A program made the position numbers and the translations under genes. A stretch of 46,231 nt of DNA, taken from NCBI GenBank assembly GCA_903889905.1, contig CAISZI010000001.1:1-46231 (forward strand), written 5' to 3'. The notes below the pieces were generated by a model. That model was given only the letters and a program-made list of their open reading frames with translations. It did not search any database and had not been told where the DNA came from. Positions 27,371 to 36,634 of this stretch are shown in pieces. Position 1 is the stretch's first letter, and every line of letters begins with the position of its first letter. The stretch is from Candidatus Wirthbacteria bacterium (GTDB taxonomy: Bacteria; Patescibacteriota; CG2-30-54-11).

Positions 27371-27805
27371 TTATTCAGCAGGAGCTGTTTCGCTTTTGAC
27401 TGCGGCGGTTTTGCCTTTTTTCTTGTTGGCTTTGGCTTCAGCGTGGGCGGCGGAGGCGGTATAGTCTTTCTTTTCCTTGATGTTGATGCTTTTGGTGCGG
27501 AGATTGCGTAAATAATAGAGGCGGGCGCGGCGGACATCGCCATGGCGAACCACTTCGATGCTGAGCACATTGGGCGAATGAATCAAAAAGGTGCGTTCCA
27601 CGCCAACACCGCTCGCGATCTTGCGCAGGGTGAAGCTGGCGTCAATACTGGTTCCGCTGTTACGTTTGATCACCACACCTTCGAACATCTGGGTGCGGAC
27701 TTTGTCGCCTTCTTTGATGCGGTTGGCGATTTTGATGGTGTCGCCTTCGCGAAAAACAGGGATGTCGTGCTTGAGTTGATCTTGGGTAAGTTGCTTCAAA
27801 TCCAT
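27371..27805 (-). CDS. rplS: 50S ribosomal protein L19
   Basis: FREGDTI, KEGDKVRTQMFEGVVI, GVGVERTF, GDVRRARLYYLR; start at MDLKQL (27805). Confidence 0.98.
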   Translation of the reverse strand: MDLKQLTQDQLKHDIPVFREGDTIKIANRIKEGDKVRTQMFEGVVIKRNSGTSIDASFTLRKIASGVGVERTFLIHSPNVLSIEVVRHGDVRRARLYYLRNLRTKSINIKEKKDYTASAAHAEAKANKKKGKTAAVKSETAPAE

Positions 27806-27835
27806 TGGAGGTTTCCTATAAAAAACGCAAAAGCT

Positions 27836-27864
27836 ATTATAACCAAAAGGCATGGTTTGGGCAA
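27836..27864 (-). promoter_or_regulatory. Sigma70-type promoter for rplS
   Basis: TTGCCC-17 bp-TATAAT on the minus strand. Confidence 0.65.
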
Positions 27865-27888
27865 TGGGGTATTGGGGAAGGACTTATT

Positions 27889-28875
27889 TTACGAACTCGC
27901 CACCGCCAGATTGTGGATTCTTTCGAGTAGTTTGCGGCGGCGCAGGTAGCGTTCCACCTTGATCGGGACAAGGCGGCTCCAGGGCTGCCCCAGCACCATG
28001 CAGCGGCGAATATTGGTGCTGCTGAGCTCGGTTTCGTCAATCAGCTGGGCGTGAAAGACCGGGATTTTGGCCATTTCAAAGAGTTCGGTCAGTTTGTCGT
28101 CGTTGGTGTAGACCACAGCAAAGGGCTGGCAGAGCTCTTTGACATGCCGCAGCCATTCTTCCTGGTTTTCGATGGTTTTAAGGCCGACGATTTTGAATGT
28201 TGCCTTGATTGGTTCGACGTCGGCTTCGCGTTCATCTTCTTTGAGTGACAGCGTCGACAGTACATCTTCGAGCATTTCGCGGCGTTCATCCCAGGAGAGT
28301 GGATTGTGGGCAGTATGTTTCTGGTCACTGTCGATCACGCCAATGGTGACTTTGGGGAAGCGGCTGGCGATCTGGCGCAGGGCTTTGGTGTGGCCTTTGT
28401 GCAGGGGTTGAAAATGGCCTAGAAAAAGGGCGGTTTCGGTATCGAGTTCGCGTTCACGCAGCTTGATGATCGTGCCCAGTGCGCCGTTGACAAAACTGCT
28501 GCCGGTATCGGAACTGAATTCTTTGGCCAGTTCCACGCCTTCATCGATTGCGACTTTGGGGGGCACGGATTTGGCAAAGTAGAGTTCAAAAATGGCGATG
28601 CGCAGAATATTGAGGTCAATTTTGGGCAATTGCTTCAGTGGCCATTCCGGCGCACAGCGAGAGATCATGATATCGATCTCGTTCAAATTGGCGGGAATGC
28701 CTTCGAGCAAAAAATGCAGCAATTCTTCGTCCAGCAAATCGAGCAACATGTCGGCGCGGATGCGTTTGGCTGTGGCGATCAGGTCGCACTGGTGGAAACT
28801 GGCTTCAAATAAGGCTTGGAGCACTAATTTGCGGGATTCGTGGCGCAGGTCGACTTGCTGTTTGAGGGGCTTCAT
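27889..28875 (-). CDS. nusB: NusB fused to an HxGH nucleotidyltransferase (NMN adenylyltransferase/NadM-like) domain
   Basis: N-terminal RHESRKLVLQALF, IDLNILRIAIFEL, PPKVAIDEGVELAKEF, FVNGALG; C-terminal GHFQPLHKGH, NPLSWDERREM, SSTNIR, WSRLVP. Confidence 0.9.
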   Translation of the reverse strand: MKPLKQQVDLRHESRKLVLQALFEASFHQCDLIATAKRIRADMLLDLLDEELLHFLLEGIPANLNEIDIMISRCAPEWPLKQLPKIDLNILRIAIFELYFAKSVPPKVAIDEGVELAKEFSSDTGSSFVNGALGTIIKLRERELDTETALFLGHFQPLHKGHTKALRQIASRFPKVTIGVIDSDQKHTAHNPLSWDERREMLEDVLSTLSLKEDEREADVEPIKATFKIVGLKTIENQEEWLRHVKELCQPFAVVYTNDDKLTELFEMAKIPVFHAQLIDETELSSTNIRRCMVLGQPWSRLVPIKVERYLRRRKLLERIHNLAVASS

Positions 28876-28912
28876 ATGAAAATCCTAAATTCTAAATTCG
28901 AATAACCAAATT

Positions 28913-28999
28913 GGGGAGAATCCCCCTGCGCCCCCTTTACAAGGGGGTATGAACAGAATCTTAGTCCGACCCCCTTGCAAAGGGGGTGCAGGGGGATTT
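28913..28999. repeat. Palindromic MITE/REP-like element, copy 1
   Basis: AATCCCCCTGCGCCCCCTTTACAAGGGGG...CCCCCTTGCAAAGGGGGTGCAGGGGGATT; arms nearly identical to 33206-33301. Confidence 0.85.
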
Positions 29000-29003
29000 G
29001 CAT

Positions 29004-31367
29004 TTAACTTTCATATTCATCAAACAACGACTCGCTGTCATCAATGGGTTTGGCGGGTGGGAGAGTTTGTGGAAAAGCGGCGGGAGGTGGGGTTTCGCGA
29101 ACATTGCCCGTTGGCAGCGAACGTTTGAGCACTTCGCGCGGTTTGGAGCCATCGGCAGGGCTGAGGCAGCCTTTGTTTTCCAGAATATCGATCAGGCGGG
29201 CAGCACGGGCATAGCCGACTCTGAGTCTCCGTTGCAGCAACGAAGCGGAACCACGGCCTTCACGCACAATTTCATTGAGCGCGTCCTGGAGTAATTCATC
29301 ATCCATGTCGTCATCGTTGCTGCCGCCACCATTTTTCATATTGACCGGTTGGCTGATGACTTCGTCGAGGTAGGTGGGCTCGCCCTGTTTGGACCAGAAT
29401 TGGACGAGGCGTTCAACTTCGGTGTCTGAGACAAACACGCCTTGCAGCCGGACCATTTTACCTAAATCGGGTGCGTGGTAGAGCATGTCGCCGCGGCCGA
29501 GGAGTTTTTCGGCGCCGTTCTGGTCCAGCACGACGCGGGAGTCCATTTGCGAGGCCACGGCAAAGCAGATGCGGGTGGGAATATTGGCTTTGATCAAACC
29601 GGTGACGACGTTAACCGATGGCCTTTGGGTGGCGATGATGAGGTGAAGACCCGTGGCACGGGCCTTTTGGGCCAACCGGCAGATGGACTCTTCAACCTCC
29701 ACCGGGGAGGCCATCATCAGGTCGGCAAGTTCGTCGACAATGATGACAATGTAGGGGAGCTGCGCCATCGCATCGCGCTGGGCTTTGTTGTAGGATTCGA
29801 TGTTGCGCACACCGTGGCTGGCAAAAATCTGGTAACGGCGTTCCATTTCGTCAATCGCCCATTTGAGTGCGCTCAGCGTTTTGTCTGGCCGGGTGATGAC
29901 TGGCGTGAGCAGATGCGGAATACCATTGAAACGGGACAATTCCACGACTTTCGGGTCAACCATGATCAGTTTGAGTTCGTCGGGATTGTATTTGTACAAA
30001 AAGCTGCTGATCACTGAGTTGATACAGACCGATTTGCCCGAGCCGGTGGCACCGGCAATCAGCGCATGCGGCGCATTGGTGAGGTCGGAAACAAACACAT
30101 CACCTGAGACATTGCGCCCGAGAGCCATTGGTAAAAGCTTCTTGGGGTTTTGGAATTCAGAGGTTTGGATTAAACCGCGCAGGTTGACTGTGGTGGCTAC
30201 GTAATTGGGAACTTCAATACCAATGTACGGTTTGCCGGGAATGGGGGCTTCAATGCGGATCTGGGAGGTCGACAAGGCAAGGGCGAGGTCGTTCTGTAAC
30301 GCGGTAATCTTGGCCACTTTGACGCCGGGTTCGAGTTTTAGTTCATACTGGGTAATGGTGGGGCCGATGTTGTGGCCGACGACGCTGGCTTCCACGCCGA
30401 AGTTTTTGAGGGTACGGTTGATGATGTCTTTGCGCAGATGCGGACTTGCGGTTTCGGCCAGGCTCTTGGCCTGTGGATCCAGCAGGTCGATGGTAGGTAA
30501 AAACCACACCGACGGATGAATTGTTTTGGCCTGGCTCGCAGCAGGGAGAACGGTGGTGGAGAAGTCAGGCGGAGTAGCTTCCGCTTTGGCCAGGGCATGT
30601 TTTTTGAATGACACTGTACTGGGTTCTACGTAGGGGCCTTCACTGTCGTCAACGATTTCGTCCTCCTCGGCTGCGATGGCTTCAGCGTCCTCTTCCACGG
30701 CTTCGTCTGCGGCGACATTGTGTTCGATCAGGGCATCGTCTTCGTCGTCGCCGAATTTCTGGAACCATTTGACTTTGAGCCATTCCCAGGCGTCGGCCAG
30801 TTTTTCACGAACCATGGAAAGGGCTTTCTGCAGTCCCGTAAATCCGTTGGTGAGAGACCAGTTGGTGAGCACGATGAGGCTGACCACGATCAGGGCAATT
30901 TCTACCACGCCGGTGAAAAAAGTCCCAAGCACGCTGCTCAGCAGTTTGCTGACCGCGTAACCAATGATACCGCCCCGCGTGGTGGCGACCATATAGCCGG
31001 AGGAGATTTTGCCAAGTTCAAGCAATCCGAGTGCCATCAAACCAATCAACAGCGCCCAGAGGATGCGGCTGCCGCGTTCCCAGAATTTGGCCGGAAGCAA
31101 TAAGAGTACGGTGATGTAAAAACTGATCAGGCTGATCAGCCAACTGCCGACGCCAAAGGTGCCAACCAGGAATTCCCGCAGGCCATAGCCAAATTCACCC
31201 TGGCTTTTGTACATGACGATCAGACTCATCAGCCCAAAGACAAAGGCAAAGACCGAGATGATCTCGCGGATCAGTCGCTCTTGTTCTTTTTTGGTGCGGC
31301 GGTGCATGAGCACCTTTTTCACGCCAGCATGGCGGGTGGGAGTGGAGCGGCGTTTTTTACGCGGCAC
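29004..31367 (-). CDS. ftsK: DNA translocase FtsK/SpoIIIE
   Basis: N-terminal TM helices, RIEAPIPGK, PHALIAGATGSGKS, IVDELADLMM, ATQRPSV, GAEKLLGRGDML, gamma domain SLLQRRLRVGYARAAR. Confidence 0.98.
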   Translation of the reverse strand: MPRKKRRSTPTRHAGVKKVLMHRRTKKEQERLIREIISVFAFVFGLMSLIVMYKSQGEFGYGLREFLVGTFGVGSWLISLISFYITVLLLLPAKFWERGSRILWALLIGLMALGLLELGKISSGYMVATTRGGIIGYAVSKLLSSVLGTFFTGVVEIALIVVSLIVLTNWSLTNGFTGLQKALSMVREKLADAWEWLKVKWFQKFGDDEDDALIEHNVAADEAVEEDAEAIAAEEDEIVDDSEGPYVEPSTVSFKKHALAKAEATPPDFSTTVLPAASQAKTIHPSVWFLPTIDLLDPQAKSLAETASPHLRKDIINRTLKNFGVEASVVGHNIGPTITQYELKLEPGVKVAKITALQNDLALALSTSQIRIEAPIPGKPYIGIEVPNYVATTVNLRGLIQTSEFQNPKKLLPMALGRNVSGDVFVSDLTNAPHALIAGATGSGKSVCINSVISSFLYKYNPDELKLIMVDPKVVELSRFNGIPHLLTPVITRPDKTLSALKWAIDEMERRYQIFASHGVRNIESYNKAQRDAMAQLPYIVIIVDELADLMMASPVEVEESICRLAQKARATGLHLIIATQRPSVNVVTGLIKANIPTRICFAVASQMDSRVVLDQNGAEKLLGRGDMLYHAPDLGKMVRLQGVFVSDTEVERLVQFWSKQGEPTYLDEVISQPVNMKNGGGSNDDDMDDELLQDALNEIVREGRGSASLLQRRLRVGYARAARLIDILENKGCLSPADGSKPREVLKRSLPTGNVRETPPPAAFPQTLPPAKPIDDSESLFDEYES

Positions 31368-31438
31368 GGTTTGCCCTCAGGTTGCGAGGATAGACAGTTT
31401 GGTCTTGGTGAAATTGAACGGCACTATGATAACTGCAA

Positions 31439-33133
31439 TCAGACCTCGATGACAACAGGCAGCACCATGGGTTCGCGTTCGGTGCGTTCATAGAGAAAAT
31501 CCTGAAGCTTGACCTTGAGGTCGCCGCGGATGGTCATGGGGTCAGGTCTGGCAGCGGCGCGGGCGCTGTGCTGCAGTGTTTCCAGGATGAGGGCGCGTGC
31601 TTCCTTGATCAAATCCTGGGATTCTTTGACATAGACAAAGCCGCGGGAAATGATTTCGGGATTACCGACAATGTCGGCGGTGCCTTTTTTGACGTTGACC
31701 ATCACCATGAAAATGCCACTTTGGCTCATCACTTCACGGTCTTTGAGCACCACGTTGCCAATGTCCCCGACGCCGGAGCCATCGACCAGCACGTAACCGC
31801 AGGTGTCGTTGGTGTCCACGGTCACGCCTTCTTTGGTAAGTTCCAGGTGGTTACCATTGTCCATAATAAACGTATTTTCTTCTTTGATCCCAACTTCTTT
31901 GGCCATATTGGCATGTGCGACCTGCATGCGGCGTTCGCCATGCACTGGCATGAAGTACTTGGGGCGGATGAAGTTGAGCAGCAGTTTGTGTTCTTCCTGG
32001 TGGGCGTGGCCGGAGACGTGGACATCCATTTCTTTGCCATAGATGACATTGGCACCCAGCCGGTAGAGCTCGTTGATATTGCGGTTGATGCCTTCTTCGT
32101 TGCCAGGAATGGGCGAGGAGGAGAGCATGATCGTGTCGCCTTTTTTGATTTTGATCTGCTGGTGTTCGCCGGCGGCAATGCGGGTCAGCGCGGAGTGCGC
32201 TTCGCCCTGGCTGCCGGTCGTAATCATCACCAGTTTGTGATCCGGGATGCTGGTAAGTTTGTTGGGGGGGAGCAGCACGCCGGCGGGAATAGTGAGATAA
32301 CCCAGCTCCATGGCGATGTTGACGTTATTGATCATGCTGCGGCCAAAGATAAAGACTTTGCGGTCGTGTTCGACCGCGGCCGTGATGATCTGTTGGATGC
32401 GATTGAGGTTGGAGGCAAACGAAGCCACGATAATACGGCTCTTGCTTTTGGTGAAAATTTTGTCAATTGTATCGCGCACTACGGATTCGGAAGGGGTATA
32501 GCCTGGCACTTCGGCGTTGGTGCTGTCGCTCATCAGCAACATGACACCGTCGTCGCCGACCTGGGCCAGCCGCGCCACGTCGACGGCTTTGCCGTCGGGC
32601 GGGGTGTAGTCGAATTTGAAGTCGCCGGTGTGGAAGATCGTTCCCACCGGGGTGCGGATGATGAAGCCGACCGCGTCGGGAATGGAATGGTTGATGCGTA
32701 CGGGTTCAATGGCAAAATCACCGAGGACCACTTCCTGGCGGGTTTTGATGATTTTGAGCTTGGCGGTGTCCAGTAGCCGTTTTTCCTTGAGGTTGACCGA
32801 AATTAGTCCTTGCGTCAACTTGGTGGCATAGATCGGTGGGTTGCCCAGCTTGTCGAGCAGAAACTGGATCGCGCCTTTGTGGTCTTCGTGGCCGTGGGTG
32901 ACGAAAATGCCACGAATCATGCGCAGTTTGTTCTTGAGGTAACTGATGTCGGGAATGACGAGGTCCACGCCCAGCATGTTGGAATCGGGGAATTTGAGGC
33001 CGCAGTCGACAATGATGATGTCATTGCGGGTCTCAAATACGGTCATGTTTTTGCCAATCTCGCCCAAACCACCTAAGGGGGTGATACGAACGAGTTGGTC
33101 GGCTTTTTTGATGCCTTTTTTGATGGGATACAA
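31439..33133 (-). CDS. rnj: Ribonuclease J
   Basis: PLGGLGEIGKNM, THGHEDH, HSIPD, HTGDFK, SDSTNA, TGSQGE, HVSGH, PVHGE. Confidence 0.97.
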   Translation of the reverse strand: MYPIKKGIKKADQLVRITPLGGLGEIGKNMTVFETRNDIIIVDCGLKFPDSNMLGVDLVIPDISYLKNKLRMIRGIFVTHGHEDHKGAIQFLLDKLGNPPIYATKLTQGLISVNLKEKRLLDTAKLKIIKTRQEVVLGDFAIEPVRINHSIPDAVGFIIRTPVGTIFHTGDFKFDYTPPDGKAVDVARLAQVGDDGVMLLMSDSTNAEVPGYTPSESVVRDTIDKIFTKSKSRIIVASFASNLNRIQQIITAAVEHDRKVFIFGRSMINNVNIAMELGYLTIPAGVLLPPNKLTSIPDHKLVMITTGSQGEAHSALTRIAAGEHQQIKIKKGDTIMLSSSPIPGNEEGINRNINELYRLGANVIYGKEMDVHVSGHAHQEEHKLLLNFIRPKYFMPVHGERRMQVAHANMAKEVGIKEENTFIMDNGNHLELTKEGVTVDTNDTCGYVLVDGSGVGDIGNVVLKDREVMSQSGIFMVMVNVKKGTADIVGNPEIISRGFVYVKESQDLIKEARALILETLQHSARAAARPDPMTIRGDLKVKLQDFLYERTEREPMVLPVVIEV

Positions 33134-33205
33134 GCGAAACTCCTAAAAAGAAAAATAAAAGAGGTCGAATGGGTAGGGGCGATGCATGAATCGTTTGAGG
33201 GGACC

Positions 33206-33301
33206 GAATCCCCCTGCGCCCCCTTTACAAGGGGGTATGATAGTTTTAAAAAAGGCAGTGATCCGACCCCCTTGCAAAGGGGGCGCAGGGGGATTCTCCC
33301 C
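33206..33301. repeat. Palindromic MITE/REP-like element, copy 2
   Basis: Same arms as 28913-28999 with a different spacer; preceded by a partial GTAGGGGCGATGCATGAATCG REP-like sequence at 33173-33193. Confidence 0.85.
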
Positions 33302-33318
33302 TGACTTAGAATCTATTG

Positions 33319-34365
33319 TTACACCAGTACATAATCCTTGATATTGGCCGCGGAGATTGTGTAATTTTTCTCTCCGGTTTCCACCACCTGGCGGGCGATT
33401 TTATAAAAAATCTGGCCAATCGAGTGCTGCAGGGTGCGCATTCCCGAATCCCAGGCAAAGGGGTTTAAAAGTTTGTCCCAGGCGTCTTCGGTGATGTTGA
33501 TGGTGACACCGGATTGCGTCAGGCCCATTTCTTGCATTTTCTGCGGGACAATGAACCGTTTACCGATTTCGCGCTTGTCGTCCCGACTGTAGTCGGGCAG
33601 GGTTATGAGCTCAAGGCGGTCGATGACCGGACTGTCAGCGCCCAGCATTTTATTGGCAGTAGCGATAAACAGGACCTTGGAGAGGTCAAAGGGAAAATCA
33701 AGATAGTGGTCAATAAAGTGCGAATTCTGTTCTGGATCCAGAATTTCCAGGAAAGCGGCCATCGCCTCTCCTCCCAGCATGCCTTCTCCCCCAACTTTTT
33801 CAATTTCATCCAGACAAATGACAGGATTTTTGGTGCCAGCGTTATGGATGGCTTTCAAAATCAAACTGGGTTCGGCATCGGCTTGAAAGCGGCTGCGGCC
33901 ACGGAGCTGAGACATGTCGCCCAAAGCGGCAAGGGAAATGCGTTCAAATTTCCGTCCCAGGGCATCCGCGACGATGCGTGTTACCGTGGTTTTTCCCGTT
34001 CCGGGAGGTCCAATAAAGCATAACACCATTCCGTGCGCATTGCCACCGGTTAATTTTTGCACGGCAATGAATTCGAGGACGCGCTTTTTGATCAGTTCCT
34101 GGCCAAAGTGGCCTTGATCCAGAATTTCACGGGCGTTTTCCAGTGATAATGTGTCAGGCGATTCGGTATAAAAAGGCAGTCCGGCAATAAAGCTGAGCCA
34201 TTCCTGGATCTGGTCAATGAGTCCGTAGTTCTGGCGGTTGGCTTCGAGTACGGCCATGCGTCTCAGGGCAATACGGACGTTTTCATCCAAGCCGACGGGA
34301 AGCTGTTTGCCCAGAAACATCCGCCCGATGCGTTCGGTCGCCGACAGTGCGTCGATTTCAGCCAT
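33319..34365 (-). CDS. Stand-alone Lon-type AAA+ ATPase module (no N domain, no protease domain)
   Basis: ILDQGHFGQELIKKRVLEFIAV, GPPGTGKT, NPVICLDEIEK, LEILDPEQN..F.DHY, DLSKVLFIATAN, DRLE; the ORF stops where the Lon protease domain would begin. Confidence 0.88.
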   Translation of the reverse strand: MAEIDALSATERIGRMFLGKQLPVGLDENVRIALRRMAVLEANRQNYGLIDQIQEWLSFIAGLPFYTESPDTLSLENAREILDQGHFGQELIKKRVLEFIAVQKLTGGNAHGMVLCFIGPPGTGKTTVTRIVADALGRKFERISLAALGDMSQLRGRSRFQADAEPSLILKAIHNAGTKNPVICLDEIEKVGGEGMLGGEAMAAFLEILDPEQNSHFIDHYLDFPFDLSKVLFIATANKMLGADSPVIDRLELITLPDYSRDDKREIGKRFIVPQKMQEMGLTQSGVTINITEDAWDKLLNPFAWDSGMRTLQHSIGQIFYKIARQVVETGEKNYTISAANIKDYVLV

Positions 34366-34395
34366 GTACGTGAGTGTTTAAGAATGAGTCATATG

Positions 34396-34424
34396 ATTAT
34401 AACAAAAAGGAGCGCTGAGTGCAA
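34396..34424 (-). promoter_or_regulatory. Sigma70-type promoter for the Lon-like AAA+ gene
   Basis: TTGCAC-17 bp-TATAAT with an extended TG. Confidence 0.6.
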
Positions 34425-34443
34425 AAAGGGTCAAGCCAGCATG

Positions 34444-36507
34444 TCAGGGCGCGAGCAGTAGCCAGTTATCCACGCTTTGGACATTGTTTTGGATCTGGCT
34501 GAAGCCAAAAATGCCTTGCAGCGGTAATAACTCCTTGGTCAAAGCGCCTAAGTCCAAAGGCGTGTCTGACTTGACCGGCAAGCTGGGGGAAAAAGCGCTC
34601 AAGGTTGCCAGCAGTTTACCAATGTCAAGATAGTGCACTGCCGAGAGGTGGGCAGGAACGGATTGATAGGCGGCGTTAAAGGGGGTGTTGGCGAGCAGGT
34701 TTTGGCGTTTTTCGTTGTACACGTCGGCAAAGGCTTTGAAGCTGCTTGGCGTGGAGCTGATCACGAGGTAATCGCCCACCAGGCCATAACTGGGCTCAAT
34801 CCTTTCGGGCAGAACCGGCAGCCGGAGGATTTTGTAATTGACACCATCCTGGGCCGCGGCTAGCCGATAATCGGTTTGGCTGTTGAGCGCGAAGGCCGGA
34901 TTGGCACCGTTTAAAGTGTTGATCAAAATGGTTTGCACAGAGGCAAGCAGTTTGTCCGCTCCTGCCAGGGCAGCGGTATTGTCTGTGGTTTTGAAAATCA
35001 CGCTCACCCCCGGGGTTTGGTTTTCCAGCGTCACCGCCACGGCAAAGGCGGTGTCGAGATGGGGCGAGAGATCGGCATCCCAGTCAAACGCAGGGCCGTT
35101 TTGGGCCAATGTCGACTGGGCCAGTTTGAGGTCCGCCGCAAAGGTTGGGTCAAACAGTCCCGATGCTTTAATCCATTGGCCGAGGGTGCTGCCAAAGTCG
35201 GTACTTTCCTGATAAAGGACGGTGCCGCTGGGGATGGCAGGGAGCAGTTTGGGGGAAAACGGGGCTGTTAGCTTGCCGAGGCCGAGCGGAGCGAGCAAGT
35301 TGAGCTTGGCGTTCGCTTTGGCCAGCAGATGCACGCCCTGATTGTCGGCGGCGGCTGAGAGCAGGATCGGTCCCAGGATCTGGGCAGCGGCTACGACCGT
35401 TGCATTGTTTTTAAATAACGGGGCCAAGGAATCCAGCGGCGCCGGTGCAAGTGCAGGGGTCGCAAGTCCTCCCACCAGGGCAGGCGTGTTGATGTATAGG
35501 TTGAGGAAATCCGCGCCAGGAGCATTTGCCAGCAAAGCCGTGTACTGGTCGTTTTGGTCCAGGCCGCCCTGAAGGTGGGCATCCAGAATGGCGGTCATGA
35601 GTTCGTTGCTGTCGGTGACGACGTAGTAATTGCTGACAATCGCCATAAAAATGGGCGGAGTGTCCGTGGGGCCTGTCGCGGGAAGTGAAGTTGGATTGAG
35701 GGATTTGCTGTCTGAAGGTGGTGCGCTCACTGCCATGGTATCGAGCTGCGCATAGGTTTGCTGGCGATAAGTCAGCGTGGTTTGCTTGGCGTTTTGGGTG
35801 TTGGCCAGGGCGTTGATCAGGACCTGCGTTTTGGCTTTGTCTTTGGTCTGCAGCAGGTAGGCGACGCTCCAGTTGCCGGTGGCGCTTTGGGGTGGCTGGT
35901 AAATGATGCCAACATTCTGTCCCAGCCACGGCGTGACGTCTTTGTCCCAGGTGACGGCAGCGTTGCTGTCTGTCTGTACCAGCAGTTTCTGCAGTAAATT
36001 TTTCCAGGTGCGTACGTTGGAAAAATGGATCAGGTAACTATTCAGTTTTTGGATCTGGCTGGTATCTGAAGCGACTGTTTGCACAAAAATAGCGCTGCTA
36101 TTGGGAACCAGTGCAGCGAGGTTGTTGTCCCCGCTCCCGGTGATTTGGGCGATGAGGCGGGAAAACGGGAAGCGTCCCAGTACCGGCAAATGTCCGCGGG
36201 CAGCCCAGACTCCGCCCAGACTAAGACAACCCGCAAGAACCAGCAAGATCGCCAGCAGCCAGACACTCGTTTTGGGATGGCGCGGGGTCAGCTTTTCCAT
36301 CTCCGGCGAAACAACGGCAGCGTGCACCGGTTGAGGGGGTTTGGCTGCTGGATGTTCCGTCTGTGGAGTTGTCCGCGACAGTGGCGGCAGGGGGTGTTTG
36401 GGCGTAATCACCACGTGGTGATGCTGCGTTGGTTGCAGCCGCTGGCCGCACTGCGAACAGAAGGCCTTGCCTGCGTTTACCGGACTACCACAGCGAGGGC
36501 ATAACAT
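34444..36507 (-). CDS. Zinc-ribbon + TM + large extracytoplasmic domain (DUF3352-like)
   Basis: CPRC...CSQC, Pro-rich linker, TM helix, then two related units with LVP/AIP starts and WDKDVTPWLG / WDADLSPHLD. Confidence 0.75.
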   Translation of the reverse strand: MLCPRCGSPVNAGKAFCSQCGQRLQPTQHHHVVITPKHPLPPLSRTTPQTEHPAAKPPQPVHAAVVSPEMEKLTPRHPKTSVWLLAILLVLAGCLSLGGVWAARGHLPVLGRFPFSRLIAQITGSGDNNLAALVPNSSAIFVQTVASDTSQIQKLNSYLIHFSNVRTWKNLLQKLLVQTDSNAAVTWDKDVTPWLGQNVGIIYQPPQSATGNWSVAYLLQTKDKAKTQVLINALANTQNAKQTTLTYRQQTYAQLDTMAVSAPPSDSKSLNPTSLPATGPTDTPPIFMAIVSNYYVVTDSNELMTAILDAHLQGGLDQNDQYTALLANAPGADFLNLYINTPALVGGLATPALAPAPLDSLAPLFKNNATVVAAAQILGPILLSAAADNQGVHLLAKANAKLNLLAPLGLGKLTAPFSPKLLPAIPSGTVLYQESTDFGSTLGQWIKASGLFDPTFAADLKLAQSTLAQNGPAFDWDADLSPHLDTAFAVAVTLENQTPGVSVIFKTTDNTAALAGADKLLASVQTILINTLNGANPAFALNSQTDYRLAAAQDGVNYKILRLPVLPERIEPSYGLVGDYLVISSTPSSFKAFADVYNEKRQNLLANTPFNAAYQSVPAHLSAVHYLDIGKLLATLSAFSPSLPVKSDTPLDLGALTKELLPLQGIFGFSQIQNNVQSVDNWLLLAP

Positions 36508-36520
36508 AAAATTTTTAGTG

Positions 36521-36634
36521 ATAAAGTGGAAAGTTTATAATGATCATAAAGTAAGGGTATTTTTAATTTTTGTTATCAAGTAAATTCAATTTCACTGCTT
36601 TATGAACTTGACAACTTCAGGGACTTTATCAACT
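36521..36634. repeat. Short-period inverted repeat downstream of pnp
   Basis: Left-arm ATAAAGT/GAAAGT units are mirrored by right-arm CTTTAT/ACTT units. Confidence 0.45.

Noticed and set aside
31568-32776. 402-aa plus-strand ORF
   Set aside because: Antisense shadow of rnj.
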